Source of the DNA: Camelus ferus
Taxonomy: Eukaryota
NCBI RefSeq assembly: GCF_009834535.1
Contig: NC_045696.1
Span: 51,214,001-51,278,000, forward strand
DNA: 64,000 bases
Direction: 5' to 3'
The translations under genes and the position numbers were made by a program. Shown here piece by piece: positions 1 through 14,214 of this stretch (the first letter of the stretch is position 1; each line of letters starts with the position of its first letter). The notes below the pieces were generated by a model. The model was not told the DNA's origin, ran no database searches, and worked only from the letters and a program-made list of their open reading frames with translations.

Positions 1-1420
1 ATTACATGTATTTTGATTCAGTTAATGTTGCCACAGGTCTCTGAGTCTCTTCTTTATTTTTTTCAAAATTTTATCTCTGTTCTTCAAATTGGTTAAGTTT
101 TACTAATCTATTTTCAATTTATTGATTCTTTCTCTGCCATTTTGAATCTTTTGTTGAGCCCCTCTCATGAATTTTTTATTTTGGTGATTATCATTTTCAA
201 GTCCAGAATGTCCATTTTGTTTCTTTAAAATTAAAAAAAGATCTATTTGTTGAGATTCTCTACTTGTGGAGTCATTGTTGTCATACTTTTCCTTAATTCT
301 TTAAACATTATTCTCATCAGTTCTTTGAAAATATTGTTAATAACTGCTTTGATGTTTTTTGATGCTAAATCCGTATCTGGGTACTATGAAGGACTCTATT
401 GCCTGCTTTTTTCTTTTCTTAGTATGAATCACATTTTCCTATTTCTTTTCATATTTCATAATTTTTGTTGAAAATTGGACAGCTTAGATAATATATTGTA
501 GCAATTGTGGATTCTGATTGAATTTTTTATGCCCCTAAAGCTTGTCATTGCCGATTTTTGTTTAGTAACTTGTGTAGAGTAAATCTGTAAAATTATGTGG
601 AAGAGAATGTCTTTGCTCAGTTTATTATTATTGTTGTTTTCTTGTTAAGACTGGCTTCCTGTGGTCACCTTTTATGTCAGCTAATGATTGGTCAGAAATA
701 GTGCTCAAACACATAGAGCCAGTAAGGCTTTTCCCTTCTGCTGACAGATCTGTGTATTGGGTAATTGGGTAATGTATTTGAAGTTCAGGTCATTTTTCAA
801 GTTTGTCCCAGTTTTTATGTTCCCCTGAGACTTCTTGTATCTCCAACCAGGAATGCGTGGATAGTTTGGGATTTCTCCACTCTCTGTTACACATGCCTGT
901 AGTCTCTGTTTAGCTAAGTACATGGAGAGTCTATCAAGTTCATCTATGGCTGTCTCTCCTCTAAGATCTCTCTGTTAAGCCCCTTACTAATCTGACAGTC
1001 TACTTGTTTTTTGTCCTAGTTGAAACTTCAACCTTGCACTTACTTGGATAGCTTCAGAATTTTTCCTTTTACTTCTGGGCATAGGTTTCTGTTTTCCACT
1101 CTGAATCATCTCAGCCTCCCTCTGTCACCATAGCTGCTAGTTTTCATGGCCTGTTCCACTTTTGTAGAACTACTACATTGAATTAACTGGTGGGGGAGGA
1201 AGGGTAATGGGAGCAGGCAGAAAACAGTGTCACAGACTTCTGATGTTCACACACAACTTCAGTAGATTTTCATGAGAACATATTTCTCAGCTGATTGTAT
1301 GCCTTTGGTCAGTTTCCAGTCATTTGAGATGATTGTTTTTTGACAAGTTTTTTTTTTCAGCTATATATTTGATTTTACAGAGAAGATTTGCTGAACTCCT
1401 CATTCCATCATCCTGGAAGC
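1..1420 (-). mobile_element. Old L1 fragment (5'/ORF1 region), antisense
   Basis: T-rich degenerate sequence with the texture of antisense L1M; boundaries approximate. Confidence 0.55.
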
Positions 1421-1607
1421 ATCCTTTGCTTTCTTTTGGTGTTTTTTGAAGTGTTTTTTAAAATGTGGTTTTTCATATAAAGGCATACAAAATATTGCAT
1501 AAAAAGCATATAATTTTAAAGTCCATTTTACTGTTATTTTGTAAGAGACTATAGTTCATTTAATGAAGATTATAATTAAACAGAAAATTAATCTTTTTAT
1601 GTTGCAG

Positions 1608-1692
1608 ATTTCAAGTTCCACCTATAAAGACAGGAATGAGGAGTATAAAAGACAGTTCACACACCTACCTGATACAGAGAAGCTGATAGCAG
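1608..1692 (+). CDS. GRAMD1C: GRAMD1C exon 3 (85 nt), start of GRAM domain
   Basis: gttgcag|ATT...GCA G|gtaaaa; ISSSTYKDRNEEYKRQFTHLPDTEKLIA. Confidence 0.95.
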
Positions 1693-1894
1693 GTAAAAAA
1701 GACAGGAAGTTACAAAAAACCACTTTACTACTTCATCAAAATAGAGCTCATGAGTGACAGTATTTGTAGAAAGTTTAAGTCTTTATACTCAACAGAAATT
1801 GTTTTTCAATATAAGCAGCATCTTGTTATTTGTAATTAGGCAATGTAAAACTGAGTTGTAATTTGGGGAGGAGTGATTTCTGAAATACTAAGTA

Positions 1895-2129
1895 CAGTTG
1901 ACCCTTGAACATTGAGGGGGTTAGGAGCGCTGACTTCTGCAGAGTCAAAAATCCATGTATAACTTACAGTCAGCCCTCCATATCCACTGTCCCTTTGTGT
2001 CTGTGGTTCCACATCCACAGATTCAACCAATCACAGATTGTGTAGTACTGGAGTATTTATTATTTTTAAAAAGTTCACATATATGTAGGGCCTGCACAAT
2101 TCAAACCCACGTTATTCAAGGGTCAACTG
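1895..2129. mobile_element. Tigger2-like TcMar MITE
   Basis: Perfect 15-bp TIR CAGTTGACCCTTGAA ... TTCAAGGGTCAACTG, flanked by TA on both sides. Confidence 0.9.
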
Positions 2130-2639
2130 TAATCACTAGGACCTAAGAGGAAATTATTTGTCAGTTTCTTCTGGTGCTTATTTCGTGTGGTTTTATGGGG
2201 AAATTTTAAATTTGATGTTTAATATATATTACCTTTCCTCAGAAAAAGGTGCTCCTTAACGGTTATAGAGCATTTTTTATAAATTTTAAGGCTTTATCAT
2301 TACTCATGTAATCTTTCAGGTAGTTTTTTTGAAATAAGCTTTAAGAGGAAAACTTAGTCATAGTTCTTACAGAAGTGCTTTATTTTGCATATAAGCATAA
2401 TATAGATTCTTTACAATCAAAATGAAGAGCAAGGTTTTAGTTTTAGTGTATACTTCATTTAAACCATTTATTCATGGGAGTTTCTCAAATTTCTGCTGCT
2501 GTTGGTCAATATTCAGTTCAGTGTAACTGAATTTCTAGAGAGTTCAGTTCTTTAAATATCATAGTAATGAATTAAAACAACTTTTAAAAACATTGGGAAG
2601 TAATAGTCTCATGAGAAAATGTTCAAATATGGCATAAGA

Positions 2640-3460
2640 GTGTATGGTGAAAAGTGCATGGCCCTTCCAACCAAGACCACTCTGACCTTCTTCTTGAGTA
2701 GTAGCCACTTTTAGCAAGTTCTTATATATATTTCCAGAAATTTTCTGCATGTATAACAAGGAGAATGTACATATATTCCTAACAGAACTTAAACAGGTGC
2801 ACACTCTTCTTACTGTTTTCAATCTTGTTTAGAGCTCTTTCTATTAGCACTACTTATGGATCTAGTTCATTCTTTTAATGGCTGCCTAGTAGTCAGCTGA
2901 ATGAATTTTGTACCATAATTTGTTTAACAAATCCCCTGCTGATGGACATTTTGATTGATTCCTGTCTTTCACTACTACTACTGGTGTTACACTGAAACTT
3001 CTCGTCTATTTGTTTTGGCACACATGTGCCACATGTATTGTAGGATAAATTACATGAAGTGGAATTGTGATAAAAAGGTAATGAGCATTAAAAGGTTTAC
3101 ATTATTGCCAAATTGTCCTTCAAAAAGGCTACACCAATATTTATTCTCATCAACAGCATAGGTGACTTCCTGTTGTGCCACACCACAGGAACTTTGCTTA
3201 GGCAAAATTTGGTAGGTAGAAATGGCATTTAAATATGCATTTCTTTAATTATGAGCGAGGTTGAATATCTATCTATAAACCATTTGTATTTCTTTTTCTA
3301 TGAAACTTTCTCTTCATAAACTTTGCCCATTTTTTTCCTAGTGGATATTTTTCTTTTTCTTAATTTGTAATAGCTTGTTAGATGCTAAAAAATATGTGTT
3401 TTCATGTGTATTGCAAATGTTTCTTGCCAGTTTGTCACTTGAAATCAATGACTTTTCATG
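2640..3460 (-). mobile_element. Old L1 (L1ME-like) 3' fragment, antisense
   Basis: Motifs such as cctgctgatggacattt and tgcatttctttaattatgagcgaggttgaa. Confidence 0.6.
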
Positions 3461-4514
3461 GAAAACTTTATGAAATGTATTAAATTCATCACTGCTTTCT
3501 TAAAAAAAATTAATCAGATGATACAGTGATACATACTCATGATAAAGCATTAAAGCCATATAGAAAAATATATATAAAACATTGAAAATCATTGGTGATC
3601 CTACTACCTATGTGTAATTTTGTTTAATATTTTATAGACAAATTTCTGAACATCTTTTAGTGTGTATATATGTTTTCAAAAATTTACATTTTATATTTTT
3701 CCTCACTGTTATAATAAACTTGTTCATTGTGTAAAACTTGGAAAATATCAACATTTACAAAGTAGAAATCCAAAGCCACTTACAATTGTATTATTCAGAA
3801 ATAATGTCAATGACACACACACCTATAAAATTAAAATATAACATTGGGATCATTCTGTACAAGTGCCTTTAAGTTCTTAGCTTTAACCATATATTGGATC
3901 ACTGTCTTCTGAAACAGAATGTCCTAACTTTAACCTTTCATTTATTAAAACAACTCAGTATTATTTCAGATCCACAATATTGTACCTTATAACTTAGTTC
4001 AATAAACATTTATTAGCACTCATTATGTGCCAGACACATGCTGTTTCTGAAGAACTTGCAGTCTGGTGGGAGAGCAGACATATAAAAAAATCACTAAGAT
4101 TCAGGGTGACATGAGCAGTTTTAACAAGATACAGAAGTAGTACAAAGGAAGATGTAACATCTTGGAGGAAGACAAGTATTTTAATTTGGAACATGTTGAG
4201 TTTGAGTTGCCAAGACAACTAAAAATATACATATTTTATGTATATAAAATATTATCTGGAAATAAAATTTAGTATATGCTACAGAAGCCTTTAACTGATC
4301 TCTGCCCTAGCTTTCCATGCCTTTAATCTATTTGGTACTGCAGCTTTAGAGGTTTTTCTACAGTGCAGATCTGATCAGATCAAAACCCTTCATGGATGGT
4401 ATTCCAGTGACCTTGGAGTAAAGCTGCCTTATGTGGTCTTTCATATATTTTAAATATCCTCTCACCCCTCATCTTTCATCAAGTTCCCTTTAGTCTGTAG
4501 CTTTTTTATGGCTG

Positions 4515-6780
4515 GCAACAGATAAAATGGACTAATTCCTTAAAAAATACAAACCACCAAACCTAACCTAAGAAGAAACAAATAGTTTGAATTAAAGAAG
4601 TTGAATCTGTAGCTTAAAAACCTTCCAAAAAATAAAAAGAAAAGAAAGAAAGAAAGGAAAACAAACCTCTGGGCCTGGATAATGTCGGTGGTGAAATCTA
4701 TCAACGATTTATGGAAAAACTATTATCTTCCCTTCCAAAAATAAGAAGGATCACTTCCCAACTCATTTTATGAGACTAGTATTAGGAAAATCCCAAAACC
4801 AGACAAAAACATTCCAAGGAAAGAAAGACCAATAGCTGTCATGAACATAGAAATGAAAAGCTGAAACAAAATATTAGCAATTGAAATTCATCAGTTTATT
4901 AAAAGGATTGTGGTTCATGACCAAGTGAGGTTCATTCCAGGAATTCCAGACTAGTGCAACACACACAAAAAAACCCCCAAAAAATCAATCAATGTAATTT
5001 ATCATCTTAACAGACTAACTGAAAAACCATGTGTAGCTCACAGCGAAAAAAAAATGTGACAATGAATATATGTATGTTCACGTATAACTGAAAAATTGTG
5101 CTCTACACTGGAATTTGATACAACATTGTAAAATGACTATAACTCAATAAAAAAAAAAAGGAAAGAAAAACCACGTGATCATCTCAATAGATGCAGAGAA
5201 AGTATTTTATGAAATTCAACATTCATTCATAATTAAACTCTCAGCAAGTTAGGGATAGAACTTCTTCAACCCTCCTTAGAATTAACTATGAGAAAGCTAC
5301 ATCTGACAGCTTACTTAATAATGAACGAGTGGATGCCTTGCACCTTAAATTAGAAAGAAGGCAAAGATGTACTCTCTCACTCCTCTTACTCAGCATCATA
5401 CTAGACGTCATAAGTGCAGTAAGTGCAATACACTTGAAAGGAAATAAAAGGCATATACAGATTAGAAAAATAGGGAAAAAAACTAACTTTATTGGAAATA
5501 GACATGATTATTCATGTAGAAAATCTCAGATAATCTACAAAAAAAGTTCTAGATTTAATGAGTGAGTTTAGTCACGTCTCAGGATTGAAGATCATTTGAG
5601 GGTAAAAGAGAATCATATTCATTTATACGAGTGATGAGCAATTGGAATTAAAAATATGCAGTTTACATCAGAACCTCCCAATAATAGAAGTACTTAAGTA
5701 TAAATCTAACAAATACGCAGGCTTTATATGCTGACAACTGTAATGTATTGATATTGGAAGTCTAAATAAATGTTTTTAGATTGGAAGACTCAATATTGTT
5801 AAGGTCTTAATTCTCTCAAGTGAAAAATCCCAGCAAGCTTTTTTGTGGATGAAGGAACAGACTGATTCTAAAATTTATATGGAAAAGCAAAGGAATTAGA
5901 ATAGCCAAAACAATTCTGAAAAAGAAGAACAAAGCTGGAAGACACACATTACTCAATTTCAAGACTTATGAAGCTACAGTAATCAAGACAGTCTGCGATT
6001 TGCCAAAGGATTGACATTTAGATCAACGGAACAGAAAAAAGCCCAGATATAAAATCATACAAATACTGTGAACTGATTTTTGACAAAGGTGCAACAAAGG
6101 CAATTCAATGGAGAAGATTTAGTTTTTTCAACAAATGGTGCTAGAACAAATTAGATGTCCATATGCGGAGAAATGAACCTTGATGTTTACTTCACACTTT
6201 ATACAGAAATTACCTCAGAATGGATCATTTACATGAATAAATATAAAACATTGAACTGTAGATCTTCTACAAGAAAACATCTGGGTTTTTCTAGAGAAAA
6301 TCTCTGTGACTTTGGATTTGATAGTGACTTTTTATATGCAGCACCAAAAGCATGATTCATACAAGGAAAAACTGATAAATTGCACTTTATGAAAATTAAA
6401 ATCTTCTGCTATGCAAAAGATGCTGTATGAAGAGTGAAAATAGCAAGCCACAAACGAGGAGAAAATAGTTGTTATCTGATTTGAAAAAAAAAAAAAAACC
6501 CACTTCTATCCAGAATAGAAACTGTTCTTAAAAGTTAATAGTAAGAACACAAACAATCTAGTAAAAAATGGGCAGACACTTGACCAGAGGAGATATATGG
6601 GTGGCAAATAAGTGTATGAAAAATTGCACACTATCATTTGTTACAGGGAAATGCAAGTTAAAAGCGCAGTTAAATAAACGACATACCTAATAGAACTGCT
6701 AAAATTAAAAATGAAAACAACTGACAACACCAAATGATGCTGAGGCTGCAAAGCTATAGGAACTCCACCTTGCTGGAGGA
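4515..6780 (+). mobile_element. Degenerate L1 ORF2 region, sense to gene
   Basis: Recognisable ORF2/RT remnants (tcaatagatgcagagaaag, aagctacagtaatcaagacag, ttcaacaaatggtgct) with many stops and frameshifts. Confidence 0.85.
5034..5164 (+). mobile_element. Younger 5'-truncated L1 3' end nested in the older L1
   Basis: Ends ctcaataaaaaaaaaaa; TSD GAAAAACCATGTG (5021-5033) / GAAAAACCACGTG (5165-5177); same family as 40000-40723. Confidence 0.85.
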
Positions 6781-7340
6781 CGTGAGTGTGGCTGACTCTC
6801 CCACATGGAGCTCACCGGTCAGGTACCCGATACCTGTCCCTGGTCTAACCAGCCCTCTTTGTACCTGCTGATTCTAAGTGTGGAATCTCTGCTGGTGGCA
6901 CAGGGAAGGGTGGCTGTTGTCTCTACTGCAGACTTCTCTGGTATGTTTTTTGAGCTGAGGCTTTCTGTTTGGTTTATCCATTAGTATCAACTTTCTGTCT
7001 TCTAAGAATGTATTAGAACTGCTAGTTGGCTTATGTACCGTTCTTATACCCACCCCTCAGCATTGTTATAAATCGAATCTCTTTTATACGTCTTCCCTGT
7101 CATTTCAAAGGAATTTTGGAGAAGGAGGGGAAGTAAACCCATGTCAACTTCATCAAGAAGGTCTATGTACTAGTTTTGTACTAAAATAAGTGTTTACACT
7201 TCTAAGTATGTTTATCGTTTTGAATGTATTCACCTTGGAAGGAACAGATGCTTACTTCAGTGATGTTATTGCTCAAAACATTTTTTAATTTCTCTGATTA
7301 AATGAGTGAAGAACCTAGATTTTCATGCTGGAAAATGTTG

Positions 7341-8015
7341 TGTTGGGGAAATATAATTAAAAACAAAATATCCTGCCAACCCAGAAAACCTCTCTAACAA
7401 AAGTAAAAGAGAAAGGAAACACTTTGCTTTATTATTGAATAAACATTAATTTAGAATGTGATGTGCATCACAGGGGATCTGCAAGAGACTGTAAAGGCGG
7501 AAAGAAATCTTTCCCTTTTATATAGGCAGGTGGATACAACCCATTACACATGTTCTAAAGATAAATGATAACTAGTCCTCAAGAAAGAGGACTTGACAGC
7601 ACCATATGTCACATCAGTTCATCTTAAATTCACCAGGTAATTGGGGCGACTGTGTTAGCTGATTGACTTTATCCAAAGGAAAAAAAAACTCACATCTTAA
7701 TGTTGCAAGTTAGTTTTGCAACTTGGAGCCAGGTGCCCTCAGAAGTTAGGCTCCCACCCACTGACAGAAATGGGTCATATCTTTACTGATGTTTACATTT
7801 GAAAGAGATGGCTCCCAGGTCCTGGAGAAAACTTACCTGTGTTATAAAATTGGCAGGAGGCTTCTTTTGCTTTTAAAGAGATTTGCATCTCAAAGGTGCA
7901 GAGAAAGAATTTTCAAGTTTTCTAGAGAAAATACTCTAGAGAGGAGGAGAGTCTTTTTCTCTTTTCACCAGGGAAAATTAAGTTTTTTCTTTTTCAATTT
8001 GTATTTACCTTTACA
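7341..8015 (-). mobile_element. Solo LTR, ERV1/MER34-like
   Basis: TG...CA termini (tgttgggg ... cctttaca) with near 4-bp TSD gttg/gttt; family name from recognition only. Confidence 0.65.
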
Positions 8016-9007
8016 GTTTTCTCGGGTAAAAAGCAAAGGAAAAAAAATCAACATCAGGTATAAAAAATGAGGATGATTATCTTTTGTATTTTGTGTACTA
8101 AATCTCAAAGCAGTCCTAAAAATGTTGTTCCAAAGAGTCTTAAGCTGTATCAGCTTCATTGGGCTACCAAAGATGATTGCTGCTAGGAAAGAATATTTTG
8201 GGATATGTATTTCCTGACATGATTGTTTAAAAAACATATTCTCTTAATTCATTGTCATTTCCCTCATGTAGATATGCCTAAATTCTTCTGTAAAACTGAA
8301 TAGTGCATCTTGTTCATTTAAATATGTGTATACTACTTATTGTGCAAGCTTACTGTGGAAGTATATGGTGCTGATTCACTCCATCTGTATTCCTGTAACA
8401 CTTACATGTTTCCAGTGTATTCTTTGTTATAGTTATTAAAGTAAATCTTTAAGGGTTGGAGCTATTCAGTTGTGCTGAAGTTGATCATGTGATAACTTGT
8501 GAGTTGATGTTAACACACACATTAAAGTGACGTATGTTGCTTGGTTAATTTTCTTAATGTAATTCTAACTTTCCAACCACCAATAATAAAGTTATAAAAT
8601 CCATAAAGCAATTTTTGACACACGTTATTTTCTTATTCCATTGTAGATGAATCAGACTGTTAATATGACTCAAGTCAGGTAGAATGTTGCCTTCTAAAGT
8701 GCTGATTATTACTGTGGTGCATGTTTGTTTATCTGTAGGGAAATTGAGAGCAAAAAAAAAAAGTAAAATCCTTCTGCTTTTTAAAAAAAATTTTCCACTT
8801 TTTGCTTAGGACATATTGCTAGGAAGCCATTTTACAAAAAATCAATTTTAGAGAGGTATAAGTACATTGCAACAAAACACACCTGTTTTAGGGAGACTGT
8901 TTTTAAAAAACTACTGAGAAAAGTCTGTCAATCTATATCAAATAGTCTTCAGTTGAAATAATCCAGTTAGTTAGTGTGGCTGTGAATAGAGTTAATGTAA
9001 AATAGTG

Positions 9008-9192
9008 CAGTTGTTCTCCAAGTGTGGTCCACAGACTCGCAACTTCAGCGTCACCTGGGACCTTGCTGTAACGGCAGACTCTTTGTCTGAGCCCAGACAT
9101 ATTTAATCAGAAACTCTGGGGAAGGGGCCTAGCTATTATCTGTATTTTAATAAATCTGCCAAGTATTTCTGATATGATGGTTGAGAAGCATC
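9008..9192. mobile_element. MER5A-like hAT-Charlie element
   Basis: cagttgttctccaagtgtggtcc...cagcgtcacctggga...aatcagaaactctgggg...ttgagaa. Confidence 0.75.
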
Positions 9193-9769
9193 TAATTAAT
9201 AAAATGTTTCAGTGATTTAGACAAAAATTTCAGGATACCTCAAGTGACCTTTAGCCTAACCCCTGTTTTAGAGATACATACTAGTAAATGGGTAACTCAA
9301 TTTGCTCAATTATTTACTAGGATTTTTTTGTTTGTTTGTTTGGTGGCATCTCAGTTTTATTTTGCTGAAGGAAGCATTGTGAAAGACTGAATTCCTTTGC
9401 TCAATTTTTAGTATTTGCTTAGAAATTTAACATGACCACATTTAAATATTTTGAAGTTCATAACCACAATAACTTTTTCCTAAAATTGCTAATCATTTTA
9501 TATAGTTTAAAAATTTTCTGTTAGCCTAAATCTCCTCATAGAAGCTCTTTATATCTTGTATTACCAGTAATTTAGCAATTCTGTTTACATTAGCCGCAGA
9601 GCCAGATCTTCATCTTAGAGGCATGGTATTAACTTGTTGGTAGGCACTGGCATTTGTCAGAGCACTCTTGATTTTGCTGGACGCTTGTGCTGAGGTAGGG
9701 AGGATCAAATTTGAAAGTAACTTAAAATGTATACAATTTTTAGTTATCCTTGCTCCTTCCTTTACCCTT

Positions 9770-10460
9770 ACCCAGTATCTAATTAGCTACCAATTCCCCA
9801 TCAGTACTACCCCTTAAATACCTCTGAATCTAACTACTTCTTTCTCTAGCACTGTCCTCTCCTGGTCTGAGTCATCATCAGTTTCCCCCTGGATTTCCAG
9901 TGGATTTATCTGAAGTCATTCTCACAGTGTGATTGAAGTAGTCTTTAATAATTTACATCTGACCATGTCCCTTCCATTTAAAATTCACTGATGGCTTTTC
10001 ATAAAGTCCAGAGTCTGCCATGGCCTGTGAAACCTTACATGATCTAGCTTCTCCAGCTTCTCTAGTGAAAGAGATCTGTCTTTGTATAGTTGCGCAAAGG
10101 TGCTGTTTTCCCCCCATACCACAGGGCCTTTGCACATGCTATTCCAGCATGGTCCAGCTGACCCTTTACTGATCTTTAGATCTCAGCTTAAAGATCACAT
10201 TTTTGGAGAACTTTTCTGAATATTCTCTCCCTACCTCATCCCTCATACCTGTACACCCCTTGTTATATGGTCTCAGCTTTGTCCACATTTTGATCATTAT
10301 ACTTATTTTTGTATTTTCTTTTTATTGTATGCCTTCCCCTCTAGACAGTGTTCCATGAGGGTGAGGTCCATTTCCGGTAACCCTAGCAACTAGCAAAATA
10401 TCTGGTTATCTGGTGTTTGGTGCCTGAAGTATATGGATAAATGAATGAATGAATGAATTA
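9770..10460 (+). mobile_element. L2 3' fragment
   Basis: cagggcctttgcacatgct, agatctcagcttaaagatcac and an (ATGA)n tail at ~10440-10458. Confidence 0.75.
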
Positions 10461-10577
10461 GCTAATGAATAGAGCGATGACTTTCCATGTGTTAAAATAG
10501 CGTAAGATTTACGAAGTTGCCAGATTTTTTTGGTATGTGTAAGTAACCTGTTCCTTATTTTTTTTGTGTGTATGTAG

Positions 10578-10681
10578 ATTATGCTTGTGCTCTTCAGAGG
10601 GACATTTTGCTTCAGGGACGACTATACCTTTCAGAAAACTGGCTTTGTTTCCATAGCAACATCTTCAGATGGGAAACTACA
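10578..10681 (+). CDS. GRAMD1C: GRAMD1C exon 4 (104 nt), GRAM domain
   Basis: tatgtag|AT TAT...ACT ACA|gtaaga; (D)YACALQRDILLQGRLYLSENWLCFHSNIFRWETT. Confidence 0.96.
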
Positions 10682-10961
10682 GTAAGACATATTTTCACTT
10701 GATTTGCTGATACAGATAATTGCATAGATAGAAATGTATCCAGCCAGCTTAAAAATAATGTAATTAGATTTCAAAGCAAGTTTGTATTTATATATCTATA
10801 CTTGTATACATCCAAATATATTTATGTGTAGTGTAAGTGTGTAATATATATTTCTTAATACATTGAGCTCCATTTGTACACATTTAATATAGTTGGGAAA
10901 AGAGATTTCAGGTTGAAAAAAGCTTGAATATACCTCCTTTTGGCTGCCAAAATCATGTCTT

Positions 10962-11079
10962 ATGTGACAGACTGAATTTTGCTTGTGCATTTGTGTGTAT
11001 GTGTTAATGTGGAACATAAAATGTGACAGACTGAATTTTGCTTGTGTATTTGTGTGTATGTGTTAATGTGGAACATAAA
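10962..11079. repeat. 59-bp tandem duplication (2 copies, 1 mismatch)
   Basis: atgtgacagactgaattttgcttgtg(c/t)atttgtgtgtatgtgttaatgtggaacataaa starting at 10962 and 11021. Confidence 0.95.
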
Positions 11080-11321
11080 CACCCACGTGTCTTCTCACAC
11101 TGTATCCTAATATTAGATATAGGAGCTGATGGAGGAAATTACTGAAAGGAAGATGTCTGTTTACTGTGTTTTTCTCAGAGAATGTAAGCCTGTGCTTATT
11201 AACTCCTTCAGGTTTTTCGCCTGAATATTCTGGATTAGATTGATGTAATGTTGGTATTTTGTGTTGTATATGTTTCTGAGAAATGCATTTTGCAATTTTT
11301 CATTCTTTGTTATGTGTTTAG

Positions 11322-11417
11322 ATTTCTATTGCTTTAAAGAACATAACCTTCATGACCAAGGAGAAGACTGCTCGACTCATCCCGAATGCTATCCAGATTG
11401 TTACAGAGGGTGAAAAG
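11322..11417 (+). CDS. GRAMD1C: GRAMD1C exon 5 (96 nt), GRAM domain
   Basis: tgtttag|ATT...GAA AAG|gtgaaa; ISIALKNITFMTKEKTARLIPNAIQIVTEGEK. Confidence 0.96.
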
Positions 11418-11979
11418 GTGAAAAACGTTTCTGCCTTTGCCTTATTACATGATGTGGAGAAAATCTGCCTCATACTGGTCATCAGTGTTGGGAATATAGG
11501 CAATTGTTGGAGTTAGGAATATCTAATAGAGATACACTGTATTTAATACTAGATTTCTGTGTACTTATTGGTTGCTGATTAACTTTAAATGACAGCTAAC
11601 ATTTTTTGTACTTTATAGTTTACAGAGCACTTTCTCCCAGGTTTTTTCATTTCTTCATTATTAGAGGTGGATAAGGTAAGCATTATCAGAACATCCTTAT
11701 TATTTCTAAACACCCTAATAATTCTGTGATTGTTGGTGAGTCAATAATATGTGCACAATAGAAACTTAATGAAAACCAGTGGTTCTGGTGAACAGAGATT
11801 TGGTAACATACAAATAAGCACAGGATCATTACAGTCTTCTTTTAGAATGGCGACTTTCTTTAACTGCCATCATTTTTTATTATCCACTACAATATCCATC
11901 ATTTCTTGGTATGAAGAATCTTTCTCTCTCCACCTGGAAAATTAGTAAGGGCTTTGTATGTGACATTAGAAACATAATG

Positions 11980-12121
11980 ATGAGAAAGAAATAAGGAAGG
12001 AAGGAAAAACAGGAAAGTATGGAAGGGAATTATGGAGAAGGGAGGATAGAAGAAAGGAAGGAATGAAGTGAAAGAGAAAAGAGGAAAGAGACAAAGGAAA
12101 GAGTAGGGGTGGGGAGAGAAA
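11980..12121. repeat. GA-rich low-complexity purine tract
   Basis: Almost entirely A/G for ~140 nt. Confidence 0.85.
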
Positions 12122-12189
12122 CACAATCGAGATTGAATCATTGTCATGATACATTTTAATCTTGTAAAGTTTCTTTCACATGAGCTTTC

Positions 12190-14160
12190 AACTTTCAGTT
12201 TTATTTTTAAACGATCTCATCCCTACACTTCCGGGTACAGTACAGAGAACTCTTCTCCTCTGAACCATTTGAGAATAAGTTGTCAATAACGTTCTGAAGC
12301 CTCATCATCCCAGACATCACTCCAGATAGTCTAGCATGTACTTCCAACAACGACATTCTCCTATATAACCACAACATCACCATCAAATTCAAGAAATTAC
12401 CATTGATGGTTATCACCATCCAATCCTCAAACCCCCTTCAGTTTCCTCGGTTATCCCAGTAATATCCCTTATAACAGATAGATCGATTTGGAAATATATG
12501 TTACATTTGGTTGTCATGTTCTTTAATTTCCTTATTTTGGGCTAGTCTCTTAGTCTTTCCTTGACTTTTGTGCCCTGACACTTCTAAAGATTACAGGTCA
12601 GTTATTTTCTAGGATGTCCCTCAATTGTGTTTGATTTTTTTCTTATGATTAAGTTTAGGTCATGCAATTTTCGCAGAAATAACACAGAAGTGATGCTCTG
12701 TTCTTTCCATTGCATCCCATTAGATGGTACATGATTTAATTTCTACCATTACTGGTGATATTCACTTTAATCACTTGAATGAGGTGGTGTCTTCAGATTC
12801 TACTGTAAAGTTAGACTATTTTCCTTTGTAATAGCGTTTTGTGGTAAGCTACTTTGAAACTATGTAAATATACTATACCTCATCAAACTTTAAATTTATT
12901 CACTTACTTATATCAGTATGACTTCATAGTTTCTTATTTTATTCAGTGAATAAATGCCATTATTATTTATTTTGACGCTAAAATTGTCCCACATTTGGTC
13001 AGTGGGAGCTCCCTCAAGCTGACTCTTGTGTCCTTTTGACTATTCCCAGCATTGTTTGAACATTTCCTTGGTTTTTAGCATAAGATGTTATATAGGCCTT
13101 CCCTGCCTCAGCCCTGGAATCAGCCATTTCTCTAAGTAGTCCTGGTTTCTTTTAGGGGAGACTGATTTTTAGAAGCCAGTGTGTTCATTGCTATTGAGGT
13201 GTCACTGTTTGAACCCTCTAATGGGCAGAACAAGGGGATATACAATGAATATATAAATTACACACCCGTACACATAATACACATACATATATATCCCCAC
13301 TTACACATCTGTGTTTACCTACCTACCTACCTGTCTGTCTATGACAAATCACCAGTTCACACCAGTACCTCTAATTCCAGTGCAACACCACAGAGTTCAT
13401 TTTTGTTTTCTTCCTTTTGTATTTAGCTCCCTTCTCTGACTGAGACAAACCAGCCTCTTCTTATCCTTAATATGTTTACTTCGTTGATCAGTAACCCATC
13501 TTCACCTCCCCTGCTGCTCCTTCCCCACGCTTGGCTTCTGACACTTTGAGTCAGGCTGCTTCCCATCCCACCGCCACACGGGTGCTCCCATCCCGTGAGA
13601 GCTCCGCTCACCCTGCTTGGGGTGACACCCCCTGCCGAGCACCCTCCCTGTTTTCCCTGTACGCTGCGCCAGGTCACCGCTCCAGAGGGACGCCCTCCGT
13701 CTTCTGCTTGTGCTCTGACATTCTGTGCTGGTCCACCACCGTGCACAGCTGCCCTCCTCACCCTGCTTGGGCTCTGACTCCCCAGCACAAATCCTCCTCA
13801 TGGATTCCATCACACTGCGTTGCCCTTGCTCGCTCTGGCTCTGATGTGCCTTGGTGGGCGCCCTGTCCATGGCTACACTGTTCAGCGTGCTTGGGTTTGG
13901 ACATCCACACCAGGCTCCCCCATTCCATGGTCGCCCTCCTTGGGCTCTGATTTGTGCCCCTCACCCCATCCTTGTTTTCATGCTGTGCTCCAGATCACCC
14001 CCATATGTGGAAGTCATTCTTACCTCCTTGGGCTCTGACACTCCACACAGGGCAGCCCTTCTCTGCAGACCGCTTCTCATTTTTGTCTGGTTCTGACAAT
14101 CTGCCTTGGGCTACTGCAGCTCCTCTGCCCTTCCCCTCCCCTCGCCTCCTCTTCTAGGTG
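12190..14160 (-). mobile_element. L1MC4/5-like 3' region, antisense, with internal GC-rich degenerate repeats
   Basis: tctgaaccatttgagaataagttg and cagccctggaatcagccatttctc motifs; recurring ctcaccctgcttggg / ctctgaca units in 13500-14100. Confidence 0.7.
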
Positions 14161-14214
14161 GAAGGGAAGGGAACAAGACCTAAAATAAACATTCTTAATT
14201 TTACAATTAATATA

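Noticed and set aside
13423..14157. ORF cluster and repeated ctcaccctgcttggg motifs resembling a spaced repeat array
   Set aside because: Units are degenerate and irregularly spaced inside an old L1MC-like element in a mammalian intron; not CRISPR-like and not coding.
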